Part shown: positions 34,719 through 48,600 of the stretch, one piece after another
Position numbering within the stretch: the first letter of the stretch is position 1
Layout: each line of letters opens with the position of its first letter
DNA from: Mantamonas sphyraenae STR306
Taxonomy: Eukaryota > Protista > CRuMs
Length of the DNA: 64,000 nucleotides
Direction of reading: 5' to 3'
Assembly (NCBI GenBank): GCA_026936335.1
Contig: JAPMXV010000059.1
Coordinates: 1 to 64,000, forward strand
The notes under the pieces: model-generated
What the model saw: the letters and a program-made list of their open reading frames with translations, nothing else
The model's database searches: none
Told to the model about the DNA's origin: nothing
Translations under genes and position numbers: made by a program

Positions 34719-37077
34719 ATGGAGGACCTTTGGCAAGCATGCATCTCCATGGACGTGGAGGCAGTGGATGCAGCCTTGAATCAGGTTGGGGCAGATGCTA
34801 GCGACGAAAACGGAAACACAGCGTTGCACTACGCGGCTGTGTGCGGCTCTGCACGTCTGGCCACCCACCTTCTGGGGGAGCTGGGAATGCAGGACACAGC
34901 CAACAAACAGGGCAACCTGGCATTGCACTTTGCAGCGGGTTTGGGCCATGTCAACGTCGTGTCGAAACTGCTCAAGTACGGCGGTGATCCCACCGCCCTG
35001 AACGAAAAGGGAGAAACGGTCCTTGCCGTGTGTAAAGACACAAAGACACAGTCGCTGTTGCACGGTACGTGATCTGCTCTCCACTTTGACTCTTCCTTCC
35101 CTTTTCCGTCTCACCCTTTCTCTCTCTCTCTCTCTCTCTGTCTCGCTTTCTCTCTCTGTCTTGTGCGACTGACGCCCACGTTTGGGAATGATCGCAGACG
35201 CCCTTCGCAAGCTGCATCCGGAATACACAGTGGCAGCCAGCATGCAGGAACTGCAGGCACGACAAGCCGCACGTACGGGGATCACACATGGCAGTAGTGG
35301 AGCCATTGTGCACACAGCACGGCCTGCAACGCAGCTGCACAAGGCGGAAGCGCTTGTGCAGGCGGCTCGGCAAGGGGATGTGGCCACACTGCAGCAGCTG
35401 GTGCAGGAGGAGGGCCTGGATGCAGATGCCCACGGGTCGAATGGGCTCACCGCATTGCATGTGGCATGTGAACACGGCCATCTGGAGGTGGTGGAGTATC
35501 TGTTGAGCGAAACCAACGCCGACGTGAACCGGATGGAAGAGTACCGCAACACGCCGCTGCTACTGGCGGCGTCCATGGGACACACAAATGTGGTGCGCCA
35601 CCTGCTGCGTCACACAGACGTGGCATGCAATTACCAGGGACTGTTTGGCAACACAGCCTTGTTGCTTGCGGCAGAGTCGGGACACACGCTGGTGGTGCAC
35701 GCCCTGTGCACGATGGGCGATTCCATTGACGTCAACCTGGCCGACAACGACGGTTACACGCCGTTGCATTATGCACTGCAACGTAGACACCACAGTTCCG
35801 CTCTGGTGTTGCGTCAATGCGGGGCGGACTTGCACATCACCAACGCACGCGGCGACACCCCGCTTGACCTGGCCACACCCAAAATGCGACAGGTGCTGTT
35901 GGATTTGCAACACGACGACAAGGAACAGCTGGTGCACTTGGATGAGAATGACCAGTTGCAGGTGCGGGTGCAAGACGTGGGTGAGGGTCACGGTGACACA
36001 GACACAGACACAGACACAGCGTCGGATTCGGAATCGCTGCAACAGCTCATGGAATCCATGCATGCACACGACGAGGTGTCATTGGAGGATGTGCAGCCTT
36101 TGTCGGGGGAGATGCTACAGATTGGAGCGGGCTCGTTTGCAGACATCTTTCTGGGCGAGTATCAGGGTGAGCCTGTGGCTGTAAAGCGATTGCGTGGCAA
36201 GTGGCCGTCACGCAGTGCATTGGAAACCCTGTGGAGTGAGATCCAGGCCCTGCAGGAGGTGGATCATCCGCATGTGGTGCGTTGCCTCGCTGCCTGCACC
36301 CATCCCCCGGCCGTCTTTGCTGTCCTCGAGTACTGCGAGGTGGGTGCCTTGGACAATGCCATCCAATCCGACCGACATGCGTTGGGCACTCCGCAGCGAT
36401 GGAAGGTGGCCGTACAGGTGGCTCAAGCCCTCGCACACCTCCACGACGACGCCGGGCTTGTACACAGAGACATTAAGCTCAGCAACGTCCTCCTGGACGC
36501 ACACGGCGATGCCAAACTGGCCGACTTTGGTCTGTGCACACGTCGTACGGTGCTGGAGGAAGCCGAGGACAACATGAAGGTGGTCAACGGTGCGGTGTGT
36601 CGGGGAGCCATGGGAGCTCTCAGCAGCATGGCTCCCGAGGCCTTCCTTGGCAAACGATACGACCACCGCGTGGATGTGTACAGCTTGGGACTGCTCCTGT
36701 GGGAACTGTTTGCTGATGCACGTCCATTTCCGGGATTGGGACCAGCACAGGTGGCGCAGGGCATGAGTCGCAACGACGACCAGCGCTTGCAACTGAGCAT
36801 GCCCAACAACTTTTCGCCGGCCCTGGTACAACTCATCCAGCAGTGTGTGGCATGGTCACCCGAGGAGCGACCTGAAGCGGCACAGGTTGCGGCCACCTTG
36901 GAGGAGATGGGCAGCCATGGTCTGTTTGTGCAGTACCACGGCAGCAGCAGCAGCAGCAGCAGCAGTGAAGAAGAGAACAACCCGCACGCGCATGGAGGTG
37001 AGGAAGAGGAGGATGAGGGGCAACAGGATGCAGCCTACGGCGCTTCATTCGTCCTTCCGGACATTGTTGTCGATTGA
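34719..37077 (+). CDS. Ankyrin-repeat TKL-type protein kinase
   Basis: An ANK block (34719-35064) splices via intron 35065-35197 (GTACGT..ACTGAC..CAG) to a second ANK block and a kinase domain (IGAGSF, VAVK, HRDIKLSN, DFG, MAPE, DVYSLG). Confidence 0.9.
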
Positions 37078-38761
37078 CCAGAGTGCTCGGAAGCCCACGG
37101 GCACGAGCACAAGGGCACAGGCGACAGAAATGGACAGGAGGGGCAGGAACGGCAGGCGGGGCGCAATAAACAGTGGATGGATGAGCGAGTAGAAGAGTTG
37201 GAGGAGCAGGAGTCCTGCAGCGAGGAGGGCCCACCTCCAGGTGGCGTTGTGCAGCAGCAGCAGCAGCAACGCATGGTAGCAAACATACACGGCCAGCTTA
37301 AATGGAGTCTCTGCCGATTGGTGAAGGAGGGGAAACAACGAAAAGTGGCCCACAGCCGAAAGGAGGGCATACTGCCGCAGCTCGCCCTGGCTGCGCAACG
37401 CAACCACACTCAAGGGCACAGTGATGGTCAACACGGCCTTTTCGTGAACATGCCACGAGAATAAATAAAAGGCAAAGGCAGAGGCGGTGCAGAGGTGGAC
37501 AAAGTTTGCACGCAGACGGGGCAGCTGCGACGCAGTGGTACGCAGCACACGCCACAGAAGCGGTAGGAGGGCAAGCAGCACCAGGGCAAGTGTGGTGCTT
37601 ACCTGTGGCGAGGGAAGGTAGGCGTGTTGCTGGCCCTCGGTACCCACCAGACCACCGGTCATGCCAGCCGTGATGGTGGAAGGCGGACGACCCAACAGCC
37701 GGGTGGACACCATCCCTGCCGCTTTGTCGGCCATGTTGTACAGTGCCCATACGTTGGGTGCCCAGAAGGCATGACACAGGCCACGTTGCACGGGAAACAG
37801 GCGCTCCTTGAGCTGTAGCAGGGTGTTGAGGGCCGTGTACTGCGGTTGGGAGAGCAGAATGATGGGCAGCACAGAGACGCCAAACACAGTCAACACCACG
37901 GCAGCAAGGTGGAACAGACCAGTCATGGGCGATGACGGATGTCCCATCACATGGACCCTCAGCAGGTAGACAAAGAAGGCGGGGGCCACGTACAGAAAGA
38001 GGTGTTTCAGGTTGAGGAGCACGGCAAACCACAGCGCTGCCCACACATTCCTCTGTTGCTCAATGGCCAGAATGGCCAACAGGAACACGGCCATCAACAT
38101 ACCATTGTACTGGAAGTGCACATGGTCGACCAGCAGCAATCCGGGGTTCAACACAACAAGCAAGTACGCCACGTCACTCTTGCGCATGCCCAACACCTGC
38201 CATTTGCCCATGCTGGCATCATCTCCTCCCGTTCTCGTCTTCCCCATTTTCTCCTCCTGCTTCTCCTCCTCCTCCTCCTCCTCTCCCTCATCCTGGTACA
38301 GTGCGTTGCACACACGGGCTGCCACGCGGAGCAGCAACAGATCCGAGGCAATCACCGTCAGCCTGTGCAGCACTTTGACTCGTAGCGGATCCTCCAACGT
38401 ATGCAACAGTGCATCTGGCACAATGCGCACCATCTCCCCGTGCAGAGGGCCCACCACCATGCTCAACAGCGCCTCAAAGTACGCAAAGAAGGGAGGATAG
38501 TCCAAGGTCCACTGCGACGTCGCCTCACGGTACCACTCACGCACGGGCAGCGAGTGTGTGATTGCCAGCCAGTTGCGGTGCACATCAAAGTCAGTTGAGT
38601 GGCTGTCATGGCCCGTCCCCATCACGAGAGCACTCGTCGTGTCAGCGTTCATTTGTGGGAGTGCTCCCACACCTGCACCCTCTGGAGGTTCCCACATACT
38701 ATGCGGGCACCAGCAACAGTTTCACACATGTCACAGCCACAGCAATCGACACTTTCAACAT
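37045..38761 (-). CDS. ALG8: Dolichyl-P-Glc alpha-1,3-glucosyltransferase ALG8
   Basis: KLLLVPAY / intron 38603-38699 / HSTDFDVHRNWLAITHSLP, WTLDYPPFFAYFE, DHVHFQYNG, RLFPVQRGLCHAFWAPNVWALY, WHVHEKA. Confidence 0.95.
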
Positions 38762-38947
38762 GGCAACCCTCGCTTCCGGAAGCCGTTACTGTATTCGCAA
38801 GCTCGCTTTCCGCTTCCTCTTGGCTCCCTCTCCGCAAACTCCACCCTCGATCACAACTCGGTTTTCCATTGCTTCACATGTGCAAAAGAGTCTCTCTCTC
38901 TCTCTCTCTCTCTCTCGCACACCCCCGTTCCCTTGACGACCACCTCC

Positions 38948-39520
38948 TCACATGAGGTGTCGTGTGGCGTTTGCCACGGCGACAATCTCTTCGATCCAGG
39001 AATCCATCCGGTCTTGATCAAACTCGCTCACATTCTTTGGGTCAAACTTGTGCACCTGCGGCACAGGCAGGTTCATGGGCACAGACAACATGCCCAATTC
39101 ACTCACGTATGCACGCAAGGCCATGGCTGCACGGACCCCTCCAAAGTTGCCCACGCTATAGCTGGCGATGCCCGCCGTCTTGAACCGGAATTCAGGTTTA
39201 AAGTGGTCCAGGATGTTGAGCAGCGCAGGCGGAGGCAGGTGATTGTACTCTGCCGAACACAGAACGATGGCCTGCGACTTTGTGAAAATCTCTCCGACCT
39301 CCTCTACCGCTTCTGGAGCTTTCTCGCCCTTCTTGACGAAATGCCGCGGTTGTTCCAGCATGGGCAACCCCACCTCCTTGGGGTCCACCAGGTTCACCTC
39401 GTGTCCATGCACTTCCAACGAGTTTCGGATCCATTCCGCGACCTTGTGGCCGTGCCTTCCGTTCCGCACCGACCCCAACACCACGGCGGCAGAGATCGGT
39501 TCCAACACCGCCTCTGCCAT
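38948..39520 (-). CDS. NAD(P)H-dependent FMN reductase (SsuE/azoreductase-like flavodoxin fold)
   Basis: VVLGSVRNGRHG, SAEYNHLPPPALLNILDH, KTAGIASYSVGNFGGVRA. Confidence 0.9.
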   Translation of the reverse strand: MAEAVLEPISAAVVLGSVRNGRHGHKVAEWIRNSLEVHGHEVNLVDPKEVGLPMLEQPRHFVKKGEKAPEAVEEVGEIFTKSQAIVLCSAEYNHLPPPALLNILDHFKPEFRFKTAGIASYSVGNFGGVRAAMALRAYVSELGMLSVPMNLPVPQVHKFDPKNVSEFDQDRMDSWIEEIVAVANATRHLM

Positions 39521-39668
39521 CCTCGTATTCCTCGTTGTGCGTGTGCGTGCAAACATATTTTCTGTTCTACAGTGGGTGTTTGTTGTTGTGGTTGTCCTGC
39601 ATCACGTGGCGCGAAGAACCGTTGCTGACCAACTTCGGTCCGCGATGCGCTCAGCTCCGCAAAACCCC

Positions 39669-42600
39669 CTACGCAAACCGCACCTCCTCAAACACCACCT
39701 TTGGGAGCCCATCCACACCCTTCCCATCTCCCCCGTCCTCATCGTCGTCGTCGTCCACTGCCCAGTTGAAATCCTTCAGTCCCTTCTCCACAATGCTTGC
39801 GCGTCGCGAGCCAGCGCGGCTGGGCTGGGTGCTGCTCCTCCTGCTTCCCCTGCCACTTGTTCGGGCACTGCTCGTTGCCGTCCCCTCTGCACTGCCTGCC
39901 TCGCCCGTCTCACTGGAGATGGTGGGGATGTCCATCATCATGCTCGTGTCCATGTTGCCATGCACCTCTGCACCATCCCCATCCTCCTGCTCCTCATGCT
40001 CCTCCTGCTCCTCCGTGTCATCCTGCGCCACACTGTCCAGCCCTTCCAACACCACCTCGTCGCTGTCCATCACAGCCAAACTCGTGTGCATGCGCAGCCC
40101 ACGCATCAGACCAGCACTCATCGTCACTCCCAGTTGCGTGGCATGTGCCGCAAGGTCACCCACCACACGCGAACACTCACTCAGCAGGATCTCGTCATGC
40201 GCACGCACAAACTTGCCCACACGGAACTCACGCAACACATTGGCACGCAGCATCATGCCCAGCTTCTGTCGCCACACACTGCGTGTCTTCACGTACGCAT
40301 TCATGTCCTCGCCCGCAGACACCCTTTCCATCCACTCTCCAAGCATAAAGTGTCCGTGTGCACTCGGTGACACGGGCGGCCGTGCCAACTTGCTTCCACC
40401 CATGTTCTTCTCCTTGGCCATGCCCACCCCTTGTCCCGCCTTGCCTTTGCCTGCTGCCGTTGCCCTCGACGATGACGACGACGACGATCCACCGCCGTCC
40501 AGTGCATCCTCATCCTCCTCGTGCACCACAAACAGCTTCATCCTGTCCCTGTTTGCCGCTGTGGCACTCTGCAGGCCTCCGTCTGAATCCTCGTCGTCCT
40601 CTGCCAATTGCTCCTCCTCCCATTCCTCCCCAGCTCGCTTCACCAACGCCTCCAGGTCCGCACTCATGCACAACACATCCATCTGTGCAGCTGCAAGTGC
40701 ACGCGGGTCCTTTGGCACACTCACACGGCCCAGCACCTGCCCACTCTTGCCGTCTGTGACCATCTGTCGCGCAGCACCAATGTCTGTGCACACCACAGGC
40801 ACACCACACATCGCTGCCTGCCCAATGTTCGACGACACGCCACCCGACAACGAGCATTCCAGCACACACCACGCAAACGGCACCACTTCGGCGCCTGCAG
40901 GTCCCTGCAGACTCACCGTGTGTGCCAATCCCAGCGTCTGGATCAGCTGGTGGCACACAGACGCGTACCGTACGTCCTCCACCACGCCACGCACAATCAA
41001 TCGGTACTCGCTCAGACCAAACTCGTGCACAATCACACTCGCCGCACGGATGGCCCCCACAATGTCGTTCACGGGACTGATCGCCGCCATCATCATGCAC
41101 GTCGGCCGCTTGCTCTCCAGGTACCGTCGCACGCCTACCCGTTCTGCATTCACACCCGTTGGCACCACGTGGCTCTTGCGTTCCATCATGCTGTGCAACT
41201 TGGCGTCGTCGTGGGCGCCCACGAGCATCTGCACCCATTCTTCCATCGATCCCGACGCCGCAGGAACAACCGCATCCGCTTCGTACAGCACAGCCTTGCA
41301 CACTGCCAGCTGCAGACCCAGGATCGACTTGCGCACAAAGCGCGAGTATCCCTGCAGTTCGTTCAGATACAACACCTTCTGACGCAGATCCAGATCCTGT
41401 TCCCACACCACCAGCCTCGACCCAAACACTCGTTTCGTCACCACTCCCACCAGTGCTTGCATGTCGTGGTTCGACGCATGCACCACCGTCACACGGCGCG
41501 GTTTGGCACACAGCGGCGTCAGCAGGCGCACGTACACAGCCAACAGCACGCGTGCATCCTGCTCCGTCATGTTGGCTGTCATGGCCACGTCTTGCTCGTC
41601 CCACGCGTGGAACCACGCCTTGATGCACGCGTCGCTGTTCCATGTCGCCTCCCATCCATAGAACTGGAAGTACGTAAACATGTCCAGCATCAGCTTGCAC
41701 ACTTGCTCCATCTCCTCTCTGCTCGACGGCTCACGTGTCACAAAGCTCACCAGCTCGCGTACGAGTGGCACAAAGTAGCGCATCACCACCGTCTCCGATG
41801 TTTTGGATCGCATCATCGCCAGGTGGCCCATTGGCACGTCTGCCTGCTCGTTCTGGTACACGTGTTCAGGCGTGTGCGACCACACCTTTTGCACACTCAA
41901 CGCTTGACTGATGCGTGCCACACCACCCATTTGCACGTGCATCTGCATCTCTGCCTCCGTCATGCGCACCTGATTCATCCACACCATTCCCTTTGTCTGG
42001 CCCATCACCTCACTTCTGCTCACCAACACATCCTGTGCCGCACTCAACCATCCCACACGGTCCAGACCCAACACGCTCAGTTCGCGCGTGCCCTTGTGGC
42101 CCATCCTCTGACGCTGTCGTGCCACAGAGTTGCTCCCAGGCGTCGTCATCCGATACAAGTCCGCATACTCATGCCACAGCGGACATGACACGCCCTCTGA
42201 CATCCGTGCGTCGATTGCACACACAATTTCTGCCTCGTGTGCATCCAAATACGCACGTGCCTCCTCCACGTGGCCCCTGTCACGTGCTTTCCAGTACGCC
42301 TCCAGCAACGGCTCCCGTCGCAACACAAACTCATCCAGTTCCCGCACATGGAACGCACCCAACTCTGCCATTTCCGACTGCCACATTAGTGCAAGCAGCG
42401 ATCGCGAACGTTTCGTGTTCACATACGTGCTGCACAGGTGCCGTTCACGCCCGGCCTTTTTCACCACAAACTGCGACCGCACACTGTTGTCCAATCCACC
42501 CAGGTCGTAGTCAAGCAGGGTGCTCTCTGCCTCCGTGTGAATCAGTCCGTACGGATCCGCTGCAATCATGAACGGCGCCTCGTGTGTCATAAACACATCA

Positions 42601-45600
42601 CGCGTCTCTCGCGATCCCAGCTGCTCCATGTCCGACTTGTCCCACAGCCCTGCGTTCAACAACCCTGCCTTGACACTTGTCTTGCGTCGTCCGCCCGGTC
42701 GGTCTCCGCTCAGACTCGATCGCGGCTCAGCTTGCGCTCCTCCGGAAAACACGCTTCCTCGGCCCAGGTTGCTACGTGCCACCCCGCTCGGCTTGCGACT
42801 CATCTGCACAGATGAACGTCCACTCATGCGTCGTCCCAGACTGAATGACAACCGCTTGCCGTCTGTCGACACGCGTCGTTTCTCTTCCGAAGCCCCGTGT
42901 GATTCACGTGTCGATGTGCGATCAAACCGCACCATTTGCTTCAGCTCCTCCGGATCAATGTCCGCAGCCTCTTCGCCATCCACGCCTGCGGATGCCACAG
43001 TGGCCTCTGCTGCCGCAATGCCACTTTCGTCTGCCATGCGCACCATACTTCCGGGCCCTTCCCCAGCAGACAGATCGTCCACCATACCACTGCGCAGCGT
43101 GTGTACCATCTGTCGCTGATGCAACACCGTCTCGCCCAACTCCCAACACAGACTGCGCATCTCCTGCTGCGATGCAACCACCATGCGCACCGTCTGCTTG
43201 TCCAGAGTCTCCACACACACTGTGCGTTCCGAAAACACCTTGCCTGCGTCCTGCTCCGCGTGCACACTCTTCACATGGCTCAGATCCACCTGCACGTCGG
43301 CCACCCTCGCCACCGTCTCTTCCATCACACGCGCACTCGCCATCATCTCTTCCGTCAGCTCATACCACTCCACACGCCCGCGCAGCACACGCATCCACAT
43401 GCGACGTCGTGTCCCTCCCTGTTGCAGCACCTCCACCACCGTCTCCAACACAACCTCCTCCCGCGTCTTCACATCCACCTCCATCGTCTCCGTCGTCAAG
43501 TCGTCTTCGCCCTCACCATACGTCAGTACACTTCGCCACGTCTTGCTTCCACTCGAGTACAACACAGACGCCGCAGCGCGTGTTGCTTGCATCTCAAAGC
43601 CCACTGCACGCCAGTAGAACACAGTCATCTGCCACTGTTCGTCTCGGCACTCGTACGTCACCTCCAGTGGGCGGCTCTCGTCCAGCGGACGTGCAGAGTC
43701 GTGTCGATAGTACGCATCCACACGCACAGGGTAACCCGCACGGTCCATGCTGCTCACGTACAAACGCTTCGACAGCACACGTCCGCTGGCGTCGAACCAG
43801 CTTGTCTCCAATGGCACCTCCTCCTTGGGCTCTTCTGCAAGGTCGCCTGCGTACACTTTGGCCACATGGCCCGACCCACCTGCACGCCGTGAAAAGAACA
43901 TGGTTGTCGTGCGTCCAACGTCCATGCGCACGAGCTGTTGCAACTCCCGCTGCCCGTGTGCGTTCTTGTACGTCACCACCTCGCATGCACTTGATCGTCC
44001 GGGCTCCTCTTCGTGCACTCCCACGTACACATGGCCCACCCACGTCTCGCTGTGTGCACGCCCACTGACAAACACTGTCTTGGGCTGCGGCTGCACATAC
44101 GCAAACACCACCTGCGGCACATCGTCCGCACCCAACACCAATGTGCGCGACAGGTTGTGACGCACAAAGTCCAGCAGCAGATTGGCCTCCATGTACGGAT
44201 GCACCAACACCTTGGGCATCACCCATCCACTCAACGCAACCGCCATCGGATACACCCACTGCGAACCCTTGGCCAACTTCTTTGCCAGCCAACCCATGCC
44301 TCCCACGCTCGGTTCGTTCGTCACCGCCCAGTGGTGCTCTGCCACATAGTCACTCATCGCATTGGTGCTCATAAACATGTCCCGCACAAGCGACTCTACC
44401 TGCTGCCACGCTCCAGCACGCATCACAGAAGAAACCACTCCTGCCAACATGCTCTCGTCCACTCCATCGCCTCCGTCGCCCATTTGCAGCAGTTGTACCA
44501 GTTTGCGCCCATGCGCACGCGATTCGTCCGTCGATTTCAGCCACTCGGGCACCATCGCACTCCCGTGGCGTTTCCTCGCGTTCCTCGTGTCCATCTCTTG
44601 CATGACACCGTCCTGTTCACCCTCTTTCGCATCTTTCTTCTCCCCGTCCTGGCCACTCCAGTCGCTTTCGTTCACACTGTCTGTCGGTGACGAAAACGCC
44701 GTGTGTGCATCGAGCTGGCCCAAGCCGCCGTCACCACCTCGTCCAATGCCACCTTCCACCATCGCAGAAGCCATCTGCGCCACGGCATCCGTGTTCATGC
44801 GCTCCACCAGCGCGTCGCGGATGCCCAAAGCCACTTGGTTGCTGAGAACCACGCGTGCCAGCTCCTGCGACACCACCCACGCCTGCGACTGTTGGGTGCG
44901 CTCCTTGCGCAGCTGCGACAGACGAACCGACCTGTGTGCGTGTGCTTGCAGACAAGCCATCACATCATCCGCACGCTCATCAATCACGTCGCACAATGCA
45001 CCCACCGTCACCATGTCTGCACGCAGATCTGGTGTCTGCAGCATCAACACAGCCACAAGCACCTTGCGCAGACGCAGCGGAAACTCTGCCCAATGCTGCT
45101 CGACGTCGAAACCCAGCAGGGAGTGACGCGCTATCACAGACGGTGTTGCTTCCAGCATCGCCATACGCGTCTCTGTGGGCATCATGTCCAACTGCTTCTC
45201 GATGCGCGACGGCAGTCCGTACACCTCCAACGATCCCGTCTGTTCGCTCTCCTCCTCGTCGCCACTCTCGTCCATCGCATGCAGCACAACTTCACCGTAC
45301 TCTTCCAGTGCCCCATCGCTGGTCACCGTCAGATCCATCCCGTCGCCCGTGACATTCACCAACAGCTCGCTCAGCACGGCGTTGTGATGCGACATGTGCA
45401 TCACGTTCTCCGCATACTCGTGCAACAGCACCTCCACAATCACGCGCACCTGTTCCTTGTCATTGCGTGCCTGCCATGGCACCGCCACAAACACATCCAA
45501 CACCATCTCGTCTCCGGATTGGCGCAGGTGCGACACTCCCATGTATCCCACCATCGATTGCTGCCCACACACCCCCTCCCCGCCTGCCTCGTCGCCCACA

Positions 45601-48600
45601 TACAATGCCTGCATGTGATCCTGTGCCACCAGCAGTACGTTGATCTCCCCATCTGTCCAGTCGCGTGCCAATCCCTGCAACAACGCCTTGCCCTCAGGGA
45701 AAGCGGCACTCAACACCTGGTTGTGCTTGCGCTCTTCCATCACCATCGACGCTTCACGTACCAATTGCAACACGCGGTCGTCCACTTGCGGGTCCAGCAG
45801 TTCCATCAGTGGCTCCTGTGTACGCCCCAGTGCATACAAATGCTGCAACACACGCAATTTGCGCGCCTCATTCTCCTCCTGGCCCACAAAGCGCATGGTG
45901 CTCACACTCATCGATGACTTGAGTCGCTGTGCGTGGGTTTCAGACAACACCCGGTCCTCATGCACATTCACACGCTTGCCATTGAACCCCATGATGACCA
46001 CATAGAGAGCAAACAGGATGCTGTTCAGCATGCCGGCCAGATTCAGCACTGCCTGCTGCCTCCACACCTGGAAAGCAACGCCAGCAAGCACATACGACAC
46101 TACCAGAGACAGAAGCAGCGCACGCGTCGCATTCAGCCTCTCCAGGCCCAGGAACCAAACTGTAAAAGTGGCCCACAGCAACAGCGTATGCCCAATCAAA
46201 TTCTCGGCCAGGTAGAGCATCAGTGTACCACGCACCACGCCCACCCATGCGCGTGCAACACCCACAAAGCACACCACCATTGCCACAAAGCACACCAGGG
46301 CAAAGCGGCGCATAAGACGACGATACTCCATCTGTTTCAGCACCTGCCGCTCGTCCAGACTCTGCAAAAGTGGACCACGTCGACTTGCAGACGACTCTTG
46401 TGCCAGCAGACTCCTGAGTTCTCCGATCCCAGCGTCCCCATCGCCATTCTCTCGTCGCATCGCAGCGTCTTCCAATTCTGCCTCCAGCGCATTCCTCTTG
46501 TCCGCGGGGGCAAACCCACCCGTGGCCAGTAGATCCGGCATCGTGTTGCCCTTGCTCTGCCTGCGCTTCTTCTCCAACGCCTCTGCCTCTGCCTGCTCGC
46601 GTGCAGCACGCTCGCGACGCCGGGCTGCTGGACGAGGGTCGGTGAACGACGATGAGACGCTGATGAGACCCACAAACGGGGCTGTGCAGACCATGAGGAC
46701 GTAAAGCAAACCCCACACCTGGGGCACCAGCAGCGAGTTCAGGCTGGCCACAGAGTCGACAAAGTAGGTGCGTACGGTGTAGAGATGAGTCCACTCCAGG
46801 AGGGGCCCCAGGAACACAGCCACCATGAACAGGGAAGAGAACACGGCGTGTTCAAACTCCCATTCCCACATGATGCCTCCTCGGATGTCCGGTTCCATCC
46901 TCAGCTTGGCTTGGAACATGTCCGAGGCCTCTTGCAGCACCCATTCCCATTCCACGCTCACGGGTGCAGGCACCGTGCGGTTGTACACGGTGCAGTACCA
47001 CCTCACAAGCTTGCTTTCGTGTTCGTGGTTCAATGCGCGTCGCATCACTACCTGCTCAGGCGAGCTGTTTGGCAGACGCAACGCACGCAGTTGAATCGAC
47101 AGCCAGCCAGCCTCCAATTGCTGTTGCACCGCTGCCGAGAAGCGACTGCGTGCACGCATCAGTTCCATGGCATGTTCCCTCTGTGCCATCACGTCGTCTT
47201 GTGCAAACGAAGGCACAATCTCCTGGTTCTGGTGATGGTACCACTCCAGGATCTCCACCTGTTCGGTGAGACGGATGGAAAAGTACCACTCCATGCGTCG
47301 GCGTCCCAGCAGCAGAAAGGCATGCCAGCTCCATGCGGCACACAGAACAAGGCCACCAAAGTACAGCGGAAGCACGGCGGAACGAAGCGTGGCTGCATCC
47401 AGCCACACGGCCACAATGCGAGGTGCGGCCAGCAGCAGCAAAGACAAGCCATTCATCCACCAGGCACCCGAGTACACATAATCGCGCGTGTGCAGTGCCG
47501 TGGTGGCCGTGGTGCACACAGTCACAAACGTCAACACAGGCATGTGCAACAGCAGCACCAGCGCAGGCCACAGTCCATCCACGCCAAGCACAATGACAGT
47601 CACCAGCGCCACCACAATGGATGCCCCTGTCCCCAACATGGCAGCAGACAACAGGCGTTGCGTGGCCACCACGTCGCTCAGACGGAAGCTAAACGTACGC
47701 AGCAATGCGGTGCACATTTTGGCCACCGAAGTGGCTGGAGCCGCTGCCAAAATGGTGCTCAGGGTCAGGCTCACCTGCATGGACCACAGGATCATGGGTG
47801 GCATGGCACTGTGCATCAGCACGCCCTCGCCCGTGCCAAGCATCACAATCAGATCCAACAACAAAGGCAGATGCAGCAAGGCACCCAACGAGAAGCGAGC
47901 TGCACGCTCCTGCTCCTCGCGGAAGTGTTCCTGCGATTCGTACAGGCTGCTCTCGTCGTAGCAGTCCTCTTCGCCGCGGGCATCCTCTTTGCGAGCCTCG
48001 TGTGCCACCTGTTTGTACACGGTGGCACTCAGCACACCCAAGGGTTTGCCAAATGCGTGCTGCACCGTGTGCTGGTTCCAGCCCAGCGACTCGAGTGCCA
48101 CACTCACCGAAAACGGCGACGGCAATGGAAACGGGTACATGTCACGCACCTGGTTCTTCATCAGTCGCACGGCTGTGTTTTGACTGGCCATCGACAGCAA
48201 TCGACGCACCAGCTCCGTCACCATGGGCCGTTCCAGCTCATACTCCATGCGTTGGCTCATCAGCTTCAAGAACGACTCCAGGAAATTCAGCGATGCATCC
48301 GACCACATCGCATGCGTCACTGCGTGGTACAACAGACCGCTCAATCGCGATCCTCCCACTTCGCTCTTGTTGCGCATGGGCGTCACTTCAAGCGACGTGC
48401 GATGCTGGTCGCGTTGCGGGTTCTTCACCAGCAGGGTGGCAGCCAGGTGCTGTACCTGTTCCGCTGTACGTCCCACTTCGTCCAATGTTCCCTCCTGCTG
48501 CACCTCGGACAACTCCAGGCGCATACGCTGCATCACAGCCGGCGTTTGTTGCACCAGCACTGCCAGCTCCATGTTGGATGCGTGCTGCAATTGGTGCACA

